Shown: positions 8,815-19,650 of the stretch, one piece after another
Layout: every line of letters begins with the position of its first letter
Numbering within the stretch: the stretch's first letter is position 1
Source of the DNA: an uncultured Chloroflexia bacterium
GTDB taxonomy: Bacteria; Chloroflexota; Limnocylindria; Limnocylindrales; CSP1-4
Assembly (NCBI GenBank): GCA_963820735.1
Contig: CAWGBA010000002.1
Coordinates: forward strand, 283,646 to 347,645
Reading direction: 5' to 3'
Length of the DNA stretch: 64,000 bases
Made by a program: the position numbers and the translations under genes
The notes under the pieces: generated by a model
Database searches by the model: none
What the model was told of the DNA's origin: nothing
The model's input: only the letters and a program-made list of their open reading frames with translations

Positions 8815-10062
8815 TTACGGAGTGGTGCTACCGCTCGCTGCGGGAGACTCCGGTGCGCCGGACCCTGCCGCACCTGCGCAGGCAGCCGGGCCGGTGGCCG
8901 GATCGACGCCCTTGCAGAGGTCAGCCTGGGAGATCTGGTTGCCGTCGAGGACCACCTGGAGGTTGGCCTGGGTGATCGGCGTGGGCTGCAGGATGAACGA
9001 CTGGACGGTGTTGCCACCCGGGGTGGTGAAGGGCTGCGCGGTCAGGCCGGCAGTCGGCGCGACCGCCGGGTCGATCAGCCCGGAGGGCAGCGCGAGGGCG
9101 GACATGTCGGGGTTGGCGCACAGCGCCAGGGCCGCGGCACCGGCCGCCTTGCCCAGCTCGTTGGCGTTCTTCCAGATGTCCACGTACTGCTTGCCCTGGG
9201 CCAGGTTGTTGAGGTTGGCGGGGTCGCCGTCCTGGCCCGACAGGGGCGCGTAGGCGATGCCCTTGGCCGTCTCGGCAGCGACCACACCGAGGGCGGTGCT
9301 GTCGTTCTCGGCAAGGACCGCATCGATGGTGTTGCCATCGCTGTTGGCCTTGTCGATGATCGTTTCCATGTTGGCCTGGGCGTTCTCGGTCTTCCACGCG
9401 TCGGTGAAGGTGCCGTAGTTATCCGGCCAGGTCGTGCCGTCGGTGTTGAGGATCTTGATCTTGCCCGCGGTGACCGCGTCGAGGATGCCCGCTTCCTTGA
9501 AGCCCTCGGGCAGGAAGGTCGAGGCGTTGGGATCACCCGGGTCGCCCTTGATGATCACGTAGTTGCCGGTGGGCACCTGGGCCAGCAGGGCGGACGCCTC
9601 GGCCTTGCCCACGGCCACGTTGTCGAAGGTGATGTAGAGGACGCTGGGGTCCTCGATCAGCCGGTCGTAGGCGATGATCGGGATGCCCGCCTGCTTGGCC
9701 TTGGCCACTGCCGGCAGGATCGCCTGGGTGTCCTGGGCCAGCAGGATGAGCACGTTGGCACCCTTGCTGATGAGGGTGTCGATGTCGGTCAGCTGCTGCT
9801 CGGTGGAGAGGTTCGCGTCGGCATCGATGTAGCTGCCGCCGCCGGCCTCGACCGTGGCCTTGATGTTGGGCTGGTCGTGGGCCGCCCAGCGGGGCTGCTG
9901 GAAGTTGTTCCAGGAGACACCCACGGTGCAGCTGGCGGCAGCTGCCGAGGGCGACTCCTGCGCCGGCGCCGGGGCTCGGCCCGACGCCAACGTCGCGGCT
10001 CCGCTCCCGATGGCCAGCGTCGCCGACACCAATGCGGCGGCGACACCTAGGGATCGTTTCAT
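8815..10062 (-). CDS. xylF: Sugar (D-xylose-type) ABC transporter substrate-binding lipoprotein, intact copy
   Basis: 415 aa with a signal peptide. Periplasmic-binding fold motifs [36 protein letters not shown]. Adjacent to xylA. Confidence 0.8.
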   Translation of the reverse strand: MKRSLGVAAALVSATLAIGSGAATLASGRAPAPAQESPSAAAASCTVGVSWNNFQQPRWAAHDQPNIKATVEAGGGSYIDADANLSTEQQLTDIDTLISKGANVLILLAQDTQAILPAVAKAKQAGIPIIAYDRLIEDPSVLYITFDNVAVGKAEASALLAQVPTGNYVIIKGDPGDPNASTFLPEGFKEAGILDAVTAGKIKILNTDGTTWPDNYGTFTDAWKTENAQANMETIIDKANSDGNTIDAVLAENDSTALGVVAAETAKGIAYAPLSGQDGDPANLNNLAQGKQYVDIWKNANELGKAAGAAALALCANPDMSALALPSGLIDPAVAPTAGLTAQPFTTPGGNTVQSFILQPTPITQANLQVVLDGNQISQADLCKGVDPATGPAACAGAAGSGAPESPAASGSTTP

Positions 10063-10194
10063 TGACTCCTCCTGCGTGTGATGCGGCTCGACATCCGAGC
10101 TCGATTGCGCGTCGTAGCTGTATGCATCGTCAGCGCGGTTCTCGTCCTCCTCCGTTTCGGGCGATTCGCTCGGAACAAACCTCCGCTCGAGCGA

Positions 10195-11538
10195 TCACTT
10201 CCCTGATGAAACCGTCCAGACTCGCTGGTTGACCGCGTTCTCGAGCGCCTCCTGACGCCCGGAGACCGGCTGCGGATCAATCTGGCCGGATGTGACTCGT
10301 GACTCTAGATCAGCCAGAGTAACGCCCCCACCGGTGATCTCGGCACCGACGCCGGATTTCCAGCCGGCGTAGCGCTGGGCGCGTGGCCCCTCGAGGGTGC
10401 CCTTCTCGAGCATGTCGGCGGCAACCATCAACGCCATGGCCAGCGTGTCCATGCCGCCGATATGCGCCAGGAAGAGATCGTCGCGGGACATGCTCTGGCG
10501 GCGCAGCTTGGTGTCGAAGTTGAAACCGCCGGTCGTGAAGTCCTCCGTTCTTCAGGATCTCGTGCATCGGCAGGCAGATCTCTTCCACCGAGTTGGGGAA
10601 CTGATCCGTGTCCCATCCATTCTGGTAGTCGCCGCGGTTGATGTCCACGCTGCCGAAGATGCCGCACGCGTAGGACGACACGACCTCGTGGTGGAAGGTG
10701 TGGCCGGCCAGCGTGGCGTGGTTGACCTCCAGGTTGGTGCGGTACTCGTTCTCGAGGCCGTAGGTCTGGAGGAAGGCATAGATGCTCGCCGCGTCGTAGT
10801 CGTACTGGTGCTTGGTGGGCTCCTGCGGCTTCGGTTCGATCAGCAGTGTGCCCGTGAAGCCGATCGCGTGCTTGTGCTCGGCCACCAGCGCGAGGAAGCG
10901 GCCGAACTGATCGAGCTCACGCTTCATGTCCGTGTTGAGCAGCGTCTCGTAGCCTTCGCGGCCGCCCCAGAGGACGTAGTTGGCTCCGCCGAGGCGCTTG
11001 GTCACCTCCAGCATCACCTTGACCTGCGCCGCCGCATAGGCGAACACTTCGGGGTCCGGGTTGGTGGCCGCGCCCGGCCGCATAGCGGGGATGCGAGAAC
11101 AGGTTGGCCGTGCCCCAGAGGAGCTTGCGGCCGGTTCGGGCCATCTGCTCCTCGATCACGTCGACCGCGCCCATCGAGGTTCGCCGTGGACTCGGCGAAG
11201 GTGCGTCCCTCTGGCGCGACATCGCGGTCGTGGAACGTGAAGAACGGCGCGCCAAGCTTGGCGAAGAACTCGAACGCAGCCTCAAGCCGGGCACGCGCCG
11301 CCGCCATGCCGTCCTGCCCGGGCTGCAGCCACGGACGATCGAAGGTGCCGCTGCCGAAGACGTCTGAGCCGGCCCAATTGAAGGAGTGCCACATGCACAC
11401 CGCGACGCGCAGGTGGTCGGCCATGCTGCGACCGGCCACGACGCGATCGGGTTGATAGACCTTGAAGCTGAACGGATCGTCGGAGTCGAGGCCCCCGAAC
11501 GGAATCCGCTCGGGCACTCCGGCGAAGAAGTCAGGCAC
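10195..11538 (-). pseudogene. xylA: Xylose isomerase, split into 3 frames in this sequence (probably indel error)
   Basis: N-terminal fragment 11014..11538 ([26 protein letters not shown]), middle 10310..11083 ([37 protein letters not shown]), C-terminal 10195..10491. All match XylA. Confidence 0.8.
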
Positions 11539-11622
11539 GTGGAACCTCCATCAGATGAACAACCGTGGTCGCATACGAACCTTCCCCGGCGTACGCGACA
11601 GCGCGCGCTCGGAGCCGGCCCT

Positions 11623-12454
11623 CTACGGGTGCAGCTGCACTTTCGCGAGCTCCTCGGCGGTGACCTCGCCTGGCCGCTTGCCCAGGATGATCATGCCCAG
11701 GACCTCGTCCTGCGTGACGTCCGCCGGCTTGACCACGTCGACGACGCTGCCGTGGTACATGACGCAGATCCGGTCGGACAGGTCGAACACGTCATGGATG
11801 TCGTGGCTGACCAGGAAGATGCCGATGCCCGTCGGACTTGAGCTGGCGAACCAGGCTGTGCACCTGCGCGGTCTCGGAGGGTCCGAGGGCCGCGGTCGGC
11901 TCGTCCATGATCAGGACCTTGGCGTTGAAATAGACCGCGCGCGCGATGGCGATCGCCTGTCGCTGGCCGCCCGACAGCGAGCGCACCTCCTGGGAGAAGC
12001 GCGTGAAGTTGGGGTTGAGCCGCGCCATTGATCTTGCGCGTCTCCGCCTCCATGCGCGGAGTCGTCGAGCGATCCGGTGCGCGTCGTGAGTTCCCGGCCG
12101 AGGAACATGTTGGCCGGCGCATCGATGTTGTCCGCCAGCGCGAGCTGCTGGTAGATCGTCTCGATGTTGTAGTTCTTGGCGTCGCGCGGGTTGCGGATGT
12201 TGACCGGTTTGCCGTTCGATGAGGATCTCGCCGCTGTCCGCCGGATGCGCACCGGAGAGGGCACGCATGAGCGTCGACTTGCCAGCGCCGTTGTGGCCGA
12301 CGAGACCGATCAGCTCGCCTTCATGAAGATCGATGGACACGTCGCGAACGGCGTGGACGCCACCGAAGGCGATGTTGATGTTGCGCATCTCGACGAGCGG
12401 GGTGCTCGCGGCGACGGTCATGGCTGTGCCTCCTTCCACGTCACGAGCGCCCAC
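11623..12454 (-). pseudogene. Sugar ABC transporter ATP-binding protein (single NBD), frameshifted
   Basis: N-terminal Walker [10 protein letters not shown] in ORF 11792..12454. I translated the C-terminus by hand as [27 protein letters not shown]...KVQLHP, with its stop at 11623-11625. Confidence 0.7.
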
Positions 12455-13781
12455 GGCGACGGTTCCAGGTGTCGAAGCCGACCGCCAGGATCAGCACGAT
12501 CCCGGCGACGACGTTCTGGCCTGGCGAGTTCACGCCGTTGAACGCCAGCCCGTATTGCAGTGACTGCATCACGAACGCGCCGAGGACCGCGCCCGGGATC
12601 GTGCCGATGCCGCCCGCGAACGACGTTCCACCGACGACGGCTGCCGCGATCACGTACAGCTCGTAGCTGACGCCGATGTCGAGCGTCGATCCGTTGAGGC
12701 GAGCCGCAGCGATGGCGGCCGCGATCGCGCACAGGATCGCCCATCAGCATGTAGATCTTGAGGATCGTCCAGCGCGTGTTGATGCCGGCCAGCTCGGCCG
12801 CGTCCGGATTGCCGCCGTAGGCGTACACGTAGCGGCCGAAGCGGCGTCGCGTCGCGATGAAGCTCATCACCAGCGTCACGCCGATCAGCAGCACGACCGG
12901 ATACGGGAATCCGGTCGAGATCTGGAGACCGCCCGGCGGCACCGGGATGTTGTTGTCCTTGGCGTACTGCGCAGCGAGACCCTTGGGCCAGAAGTTCTGG
13001 TTGGCGAACCAGGCAAGCCCGAGGATGGCGCCGCAGCCGAGCACCGCGAGCAGGATCTCGGCCCACATCGGGCGCAGCGGGAACCCGAACCGACGTCTCT
13101 GTCTCCGGCTGTACGCGAGCAGGCCGACGACGGCGAGTGCAGCCGATCACTCCGACGACCCAGGTGAGGGCACCGCCGAGCGATCCCTGCGCGCCACCGC
13201 CGATGAGCTGGAAGCTCGGGTCGAGGCCCGTCACCGAGGCGCCGTTGGACAGGTACCAGACGACACCGCGGATGGATAGCAGCCCGCCGAGGGTGACGAT
13301 GAAGGACGGCACGCCGACGTACGCGATGATGAATCCCTGGACCGCGCCGAAGCCCATGCCGACGACGCACGCCGAGCCCGAGGGCGATGATCCAACGGCC
13401 GGGAAAGTCCACGCTGGATACCGAGCACACGCCCAAGGAAGTCGGTCATCAGGATCGCGTAGGTCATCGCGATGAAACCCACCAGCGACCCGACCGACAG
13501 GTCGATGTTGCGGGTGACGATGACCAGGACCATGCCCGTCGCGAGGATCGCGATGCCGCAGGCCTGGACGGCCATCGTGATCATGTTGCTCGCCTGGATC
13601 AGCTTGCCGCCGCTCCAGATGTCCATGACGAGCAGGATCACGGAACAGGGCGACCAGCATCCCGAACAGCCGGAAGTTGATCTCCGTCTGCCCGACCAGG
13701 TCGCGGATCGAGGTTCGCGCGGGCGGCTCGGCCTGAGCGGAGACGGGCGCCGCTTCGGCCAGGTTTGTCACGATGGCTCCT
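12441..13781 (-). pseudogene. Sugar ABC transporter permease (XylH/branched-chain-like), multiple frameshifts
   Basis: Fragments 13231..13641, 12418..13068 and 12441..12653 are all polytopic permease sequence. GTG start at 13779-13781, preceded by GAGGAGGAGCC. Confidence 0.7.
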
Positions 13782-13904
13782 CCTCGTCCCTTGCGACGCC
13801 GCGTGAAAAGCGCGCCCCCGGGTGGTACCCGGGGGCGCAGCTCGATCTCGGTATGCGACGGTCGAACGATCACGACGGTGTTCGGTCGGTGCCGCCGCGA
13901 TCGA

Positions 13905-15429
13905 CTATGGGGCCGTGCTGCCCGAGGCAGCCGGAGCCGGTGCGCCGGACCTGCCGCACCTGCGCAGGCAGCCGGGCCGGTGGCCGGATCGACGCCCTTG
14001 CAGAGGTCAGCCTGGGAGATCTGGTTGCCGTCGAGGACCACCTGCAGGTTGGCCGCGGTGATCGGCGTGGGCTGCAGGATGAACGACTGGACGGTGTTGC
14101 CGCCCGGGGTCGTGAAGGGCTGCGCCGTCAGGCCGGCAGTCGGCGCGACCGCTGGGATCGATCAGCCCGGCGCTGCAGGGTCAGGGCTGGCCATGTCGCC
14201 GCCCGCGCACAGCGCGAGGGCCGCGGCACCGGCCGCCTTGCCCAGCTCGTTGGCGTTCTTCCAGATGTCGACGTACTGCTTGCCCTGGGCCAGGTTGTTG
14301 AGGTTGGCGGGGTCGCCGTCCTGGCCCGACAGGGGCGCGAAGGCGATGCCCTTGGCCGTCTCGGCAGCGACCACACCGAGGGCGGTGCTGTCGTTCTCGG
14401 CAAGGACCGCGTCGATGGTGTTGCCATCGCTGTTGGCCTTGTCGATGATCGTTTCCATGTTGGCCTGGGCGTTCTCGGTCTTCCACGCGTCGGTGAAGGT
14501 GCCGTAGTTATCCGGCCAGGTCGTGCCGTCGGTGTTGAGGATCTTGATCTTGCCCGCGGTGACCGCGTCGAGGATGCCCGCTTCCTTGAAGCCCTCGGGC
14601 AGGAAGGTCGAGGCGTTGGGATCACCCGGGTCGCCCTTGATGATCACGTAGTTGCCGGTGGGCACCTTGGCCAGCAGGGCGGACGCCTCGGCCTTGCCCA
14701 CGGCCACGTTGTCGAAGGTGATGTAGAGGACGCTGGGATCCTCGATCAGCCGGTCGTAGGCGATGATCGGGATGCCCGCCTGCTTGGCCTTGGCCACCGC
14801 GGGCAGGATCGCCTGGGTGTCCTGGGCCAGCAGGATCAGCACGTTGGCACCCTTGCGTGATGAGGGTGTCGATGTCGGTCAGCTGCTGCTCGGTGGAGAG
14901 GTTCGCGTCGGCATCGATGTAGGTGCCGCCGCCGGCCTCGACCGTGGCCTTGATGTTGGGCTGGTCGTGGGCCGCCCAGCGGGGCTGCTGGAAGTTGTTC
15001 CAGGAGACACCCACGGTGCAGCCTGTGTTGCCTTCGCTCGCCGCGGCGGACGCGACCGGCGAGGCAGCCATCGACGCTGCGGCGGAAGCCGCCGGAGCTG
15101 AGGCAGCCATCGACGCAGCGGCGGAGCACCGGCGGAGTGCAGCCGGCGGCGGCTGGCGCCGGAAGCCGCGGACGCGAGGCCGCCGGCGCTGCAGGCTGCC
15201 GGGCGCAGCTCGCGGCGGATGCCGCCGGCGCACTGGCGGGCGCGCTCGAGGCGGATGCGGCCGGGGCGCTCGCGGGCGCGGAGGCGGCGGGGGCTGTTGC
15301 CGATGGGCGCGCGGCGGGTGCGCTCGCCGGCGCAGACGCCTTCGGCGATGGCGTCGCGTTGCCGTTCGAGCACGCGGCAACAAGCAGTGCTGTTGCCCCG
15401 AGCGCGGTGGCCCACTTCGGAATGTGCAT
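13905..15429 (-). pseudogene. xylF: Second xylose-type substrate-binding lipoprotein paralog (about 95% nt identity to 8815..10062 over the core), with at least 4 frameshifts
   Basis: Lipobox LLVAAC and an Ala/Pro/Ser-rich linker. Body spread over ORFs 14836..15429, 14622..15383 and 14162..14842. At about 13935, compared with copy 1, one C is missing from a CCC run. The corrected frame ends at TAG 13905-13907. Confidence 0.7.
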
Positions 15430-15506
15430 GCGCGTTACTCCTCCTCCAGAGAAACGGAATCGTGGGACCGTCCGGAACGCGCCGGTTCCGGCCGTAGGCT
15501 ACATCG

Positions 15507-16796
15507 CTAGGCAACCCCCTTTATGACCAAATCGCGAGGGTTGATTCGGCGCACAGTCGGGCCGCCGCGGGCCATCCGCGAGCGCCCGTTGTCGGCGACG
15601 AGCCAGTCGGCTGGATCTGCAAGGAAGGGTTCGAAGGCAGCTTCGGCACCGCCCAACAGCGGGGCGTCCGTGCCAAGGCTGGACGCCACCACGCGGACCG
15701 CGGCGCGAGCCGCCGGCAGCGTCAGCCGGTCGATCTCGCGATCGAGGCGCTCGGCAACGAACGGATGGACACGTCCGAACAGGCCGCCCAGGACCACCAG
15801 CTCCGGGTTGAGCACATTGATCAGCGCCGCGACGCCACGCGCGATCCAGTCCGCCTCATCGCCCAACGCCTGGAGCGCGCGTGGGTCGCCCGCGCGCGCC
15901 TCCCCGAGCACGGCAAGAACGCCATCGAGCCCGGTCTCGGGATCGCGGCCCGCGCGCGCCAGGAGCGCTGCCTGGCCCGCCTCCGTCTCCCAGCAGCCGA
16001 CTGAGCCGCAGCGGCACGGACGGCCGAGCGGGTTCAGCGGCATGTGGCCGACCTCGCCGCCGAACCCGAGCGCGCCGCGCAGTGGCACGCCATCGACGAT
16101 CAGCCCGCCGCCGACGCCGACCTCGGCGCCGACGAATACGACGTGTCGCGCGTCGATCGCGACGCCGCGACGCGACTCGGCGAGCGCCGCGAGGTCCGCC
16201 TCGTTACCAACATGGATCGGCACGGACGTTCGGAGCTCACGCGCGATCGTCTCGACCAGCTGGACGTTGCGCCAGTCCATGTTCGGCGCGACGGCGACCA
16301 GGCCGTCTTCCCGCCGAACCAGCCCCGCGATGCCGACGCCGATGCCGACGAGATTCGGGTCGTCGAGCGGCCGCGTCTCCATCCCGATCGCGAGCCGATG
16401 GAGGTCCGCAACGACACGGTCCACCGACGACCCGCCCGCGCGTCGCGGCGCGCGCACGATCTCCAGCACCTCGCCGCCGATCCCGACGGTCGCCGCTGCG
16501 ACCGAGTCGACGGACACCTCCAGCGCCAGCACCACCGCGCTCCGCGCCTCGAGACGGACGCGCCGCGACGGACGGCCGGGAGTACCGTGCGAGCTGGATG
16601 CCGACTCCGTGACGAAGCCACCGGCCGCGAACTCGCGGACCAATGCGCCGATCGTGCTGCGCGTCAGTCCCGTGAGCCAACCCAGCTCCGATCGCGAGAG
16701 CGGGCCGTGATCGTGGAGCGCGCGCATCACGGCGCTCAGGTTGGTTCGATGCGCCGTCTCGCTGTTCTGGCCGACGATCAGGGGATGAGGCCTCAA
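15507..16796 (-). CDS. ROK family transcriptional regulator (XylR-like)
   Basis: N-terminal wHTH (LSRSELGWLTGLTRSTIGALVREF) plus a ROK sugar-kinase fold with the CRCGSVGCWE zinc motif. 429 aa. Confidence 0.8.
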   Translation of the reverse strand: MRPHPLIVGQNSETAHRTNLSAVMRALHDHGPLSRSELGWLTGLTRSTIGALVREFAAGGFVTESASSSHGTPGRPSRRVRLEARSAVVLALEVSVDSVAAATVGIGGEVLEIVRAPRRAGGSSVDRVVADLHRLAIGMETRPLDDPNLVGIGVGIAGLVRREDGLVAVAPNMDWRNVQLVETIARELRTSVPIHVGNEADLAALAESRRGVAIDARHVVFVGAEVGVGGGLIVDGVPLRGALGFGGEVGHMPLNPLGRPCRCGSVGCWETEAGQAALLARAGRDPETGLDGVLAVLGEARAGDPRALQALGDEADWIARGVAALINVLNPELVVLGGLFGRVHPFVAERLDREIDRLTLPAARAAVRVVASSLGTDAPLLGGAEAAFEPFLADPADWLVADNGRSRMARGGPTVRRINPRDLVIKGVA

Positions 16797-16954
16797 ATGT
16801 TGAGCTCCATCACGGCACGTCGAAGCGGCAACCGGAAGCGGCTTCCGTCACGGCGGGGGGTTTGTGGAAGACTCTTACAATTGCCGCCCGGGTGTCAACA
16901 CCGTCGTGGCGGGGATGCAGGCGGGAGATGCCTGCGGCACGAGGAGATGCCGTG

Positions 16955-17977
16955 ATGGCTTCGGGTCGACTCCGGATCGGTGTGCTGTCGACTGCCGATA
17001 TCGGACTCAAGAAGGTCATCCCTGCGATGCAGAAGGCGACGCGCGCGGAGGTGGTCGCGATCGGCTCGCGCGACGGGCAGCGCGCTCAAGCCGCCGCAGC
17101 GCAACTGGGAATCGCGCGCACGCACTCCTCGTATCAGGCGCTGCTCCGCGATCCCGAGGTCGACGCCGTCTACATCCCGCTGCCCAACCACCTGCATGCA
17201 GAGTGGGCAATTGCCGCAGCGGCGGCAGGCAAGCACATCCTCTGCGAGAAACCGCTGGCGCTCACGGAGGCCGATGCGCAGCGGATGATCGATGCGGCCG
17301 ATCGAGCAGGCGTCCGCTTGATGGAAGCGTTCATGTACCGGCTGCATCCGAGTTGGGTCGCGGCACGCGACCTGGTCGCGTCGGGCCGAATCGGCACCCT
17401 GAGCGCGGTGCAGAGCTGGTTCTCGTACTACAACGACGATCAGGGCAACATCCGCAACATCGCGTCCGCCGGCGGTGGCGCGCTGTACGACGTCGGTTGC
17501 TACTGCATCAACCTGTCGAGGACGCTCTTCGGCGGCGAGCCGACGCGGGTCCAGGGTGCAATCGTGCGCGACGAGGTTGGCGGCACGGACGTCCTGGCGA
17601 CGGGGATCCTGGAGTTCCCCGCCGGGTTTGCCACCTTCACATGCTCGACGCGGCTCGAGGATGATCAACGGGTCCACATCTATGGAACCAAGGGGCGCAT
17701 CACGATCCCGATCCCGTTCAACATCCCACCGGATCGACCGACGCAGATCCAGCTGGCCGCCGGCGGCAATCCGCCCGTGGAGCCGGCGATCGAGACCTTG
17801 ACGTTCGAGGCGGCCGACCCGTACACCGTCGAAACGGACGCCTTTGCCGCCGCGGTCCTGGATGGCACGCCGCTGCCCTTCCCCACCCGGGAGTCGCTGG
17901 GCAACCTGCGCGTGATCGAGCGATTGTTTGCGCAGGCCTCCGCCGCGCCAACGCACGAGCCCGCTCGGCCAGGGTGA
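16955..17977 (+). CDS. Gfo/Idh/MocA family NAD(P)-dependent oxidoreductase
   Basis: Rossmann N-terminus LRIGVLSTADIGLKKVIPAM, EKPLALTEADAQRMIDAA, and the C-terminal alpha/beta domain. ATG at 16955 inside ORF 16862..17977. Confidence 0.85.
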   Translation: MASGRLRIGVLSTADIGLKKVIPAMQKATRAEVVAIGSRDGQRAQAAAAQLGIARTHSSYQALLRDPEVDAVYIPLPNHLHAEWAIAAAAAGKHILCEKPLALTEADAQRMIDAADRAGVRLMEAFMYRLHPSWVAARDLVASGRIGTLSAVQSWFSYYNDDQGNIRNIASAGGGALYDVGCYCINLSRTLFGGEPTRVQGAIVRDEVGGTDVLATGILEFPAGFATFTCSTRLEDDQRVHIYGTKGRITIPIPFNIPPDRPTQIQLAAGGNPPVEPAIETLTFEAADPYTVETDAFAAAVLDGTPLPFPTRESLGNLRVIERLFAQASAAPTHEPARPG

Positions 17978-19607
17978 CCATCCGACCGTGACCGCGCCAC
18001 CGTCTGCTGCCCGCTCGATCGCGATCGGCAGCCAGAGCTACCCCCTGGTCCTGCCGAACGTCCGCGACCCGCGGCTGCACGTGGCCGCCGTGATCATCAC
18101 GATCCATGTGCTCGGCCAGGTGGCGCTGCACTTCCGCGTGAGCGTGCCGCAGATCCTCGCCGCGATCCTGACCTGCGCGGTGATCGAGATCACGCTGACC
18201 TTCCGGCAGAAGCGGGCGTTCGTCTGGCCCGCCAGCGCGATGCTCACCGGCAGTGGCGTGGCGCTGATCCTGCGGGTCGTCGGAACGCCGCCCGATCAAC
18301 CCTGGAACACCGAATTCTGGTGGGTCTTCGCGATCGTCGCGGGCCTCTCGCTGCTGTCCAAGTACGTCATCCGGTATCGCGGCGGCCCGTGGTTCAACCC
18401 CTCCAACCTGGGTCTCGTCGTCACGTTCGTGGTGCTCGGCAGCTCCCGCGTGGAGCCGCTCGACTTCTGGTGGGCTCCGCTGACCCCGGCGATGCTGCTG
18501 GCCTACACGGTCATCATCGTCGGCGGCGTGCTCATCACGCGCCGGCTGCGGCTCCTGCCGATGGCGCTCACGTTCTGGGCGACGCTGGCCGTCGGCGTCG
18601 GCATCCTGGCGGCGTCCGGCCATTCGATGACCGCCAACTGGGCGTTCGCGCCGGTCTCTGGCTTCGACTTCTGGCGGGTGATCGTGACCTCGCCCGAGGT
18701 CCTCATCTTCATGTTCTTCATGATCACGGACCCGCAGACCATCCCCGGCGGACGCGTCGGGCGCGTGGTCTTCGCCTTCCTGGTCGCCGTCGCGAGCACG
18801 TTGTTGCTGGCGCCGCAGACCGACGAGTTCGGCACGAAGGTGGGACTGCTCTCCGGCCTGGTGCTGCTCTGCGCCGCGCGGCCACTCCTCGATCGGTTCC
18901 TCCCGGTTGCCAAGGCACCCACCGACACGCTCCGCCAGTTCGGAGAGCGCCTCTTCCGCGGCCAGGAAGGCGCCACCGCACCGGCACGCTCCGGGCTTCG
19001 CGTCGCGTTGGCCGGCGTCCTCATCGTGGTCCTTGCGGCTGCGGTCGTGGGTGCCGGCACGCCTGCCCGGAATGCGGTCGCGGGCGGAACGGAGAACGTG
19101 CTGGCCGTCGATCCGAGCAGCGTGAACATCGGCACGTTGCCGCCGATCACGGTCGGCCAGGACGTCATCGACTTCGACCACGACCTGGCTGGCAGCGGCA
19201 TGGCCGCCGTGGTGGTCACGCTGGCGCAGAACCTGGAGCTCGAGAACCAGGCGCTGCTCAAGCACGACGCGTCGCTCCTTCCGGCGATCGACCATGGCGA
19301 TCGCCTGGTCGAGATGCAGGCGGCGATCGCGGCCGCCGCATCCTCCGGCACGACCACGCTGCACCACTATCAGTTCGACAGCATCGATGCGTCGCTGCTG
19401 GTGCCGTTCGGGCGACAGACCGGCCTGAGCCTGGGCCTGGCGTCCAAGGGCACCGTGGTGGACGAGGTCTACGACCGGAACGGCGTGCTGCAATCGCGCG
19501 ACAGCCAGCCGTTCGATCTCACGTTCGCGGTTCGGCGCGCCCTTGGCGATCGCTGGCTGAACGTGGCCGTATTGCCGGCCGACGGGGCGCCGCAGCAGCC
19601 CGGCTGA
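17928..19607 (+). CDS. Orphan NqrB/RnfD-like polytopic membrane protein with an extra TM and a C-terminal extracytoplasmic domain of about 230 aa
   Basis: GGPWFNPSNLGLVVTFVVL resembles E. coli RnfD GQNPFNPAMIGYVVLL. FMFFMITDPQTIPGG resembles RnfD FFILTDPVTAST. No other rnf or nqr genes nearby. The true start is probably downstream of 17928, since that ORF start overlaps the previous gene. Confidence 0.55.
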   Translation: MRRPPPRQRTSPLGQGDHPTVTAPPSAARSIAIGSQSYPLVLPNVRDPRLHVAAVIITIHVLGQVALHFRVSVPQILAAILTCAVIEITLTFRQKRAFVWPASAMLTGSGVALILRVVGTPPDQPWNTEFWWVFAIVAGLSLLSKYVIRYRGGPWFNPSNLGLVVTFVVLGSSRVEPLDFWWAPLTPAMLLAYTVIIVGGVLITRRLRLLPMALTFWATLAVGVGILAASGHSMTANWAFAPVSGFDFWRVIVTSPEVLIFMFFMITDPQTIPGGRVGRVVFAFLVAVASTLLLAPQTDEFGTKVGLLSGLVLLCAARPLLDRFLPVAKAPTDTLRQFGERLFRGQEGATAPARSGLRVALAGVLIVVLAAAVVGAGTPARNAVAGGTENVLAVDPSSVNIGTLPPITVGQDVIDFDHDLAGSGMAAVVVTLAQNLELENQALLKHDASLLPAIDHGDRLVEMQAAIAAAASSGTTTLHHYQFDSIDASLLVPFGRQTGLSLGLASKGTVVDEVYDRNGVLQSRDSQPFDLTFAVRRALGDRWLNVAVLPADGAPQQPG

Positions 19608-19650
19608 CGCTGCGCGACGATACGCAACCGCACCAGGAGGAACGTGAGCA

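Noticed and set aside
8686-10050. 454-aa plus-strand ORF (and its twin 13472..14860) rich in Gly/Arg/Val/Asp
   Set aside because: It is the exact antisense of the xylF substrate-binding genes. It has no start context, and its composition is typical of GC-rich shadow ORFs.
12650-14041. 463-aa ORF presented as a single protein
   Set aside because: It is a chimera created by frameshifts: the C-terminus of xylF copy 2 reads through the intergenic region into permease frames.
15523-16710. 395-aa plus-strand ORF antisense to the ROK regulator
   Set aside because: Ser/Arg/Pro-rich out-of-frame mirror of a well-supported gene.
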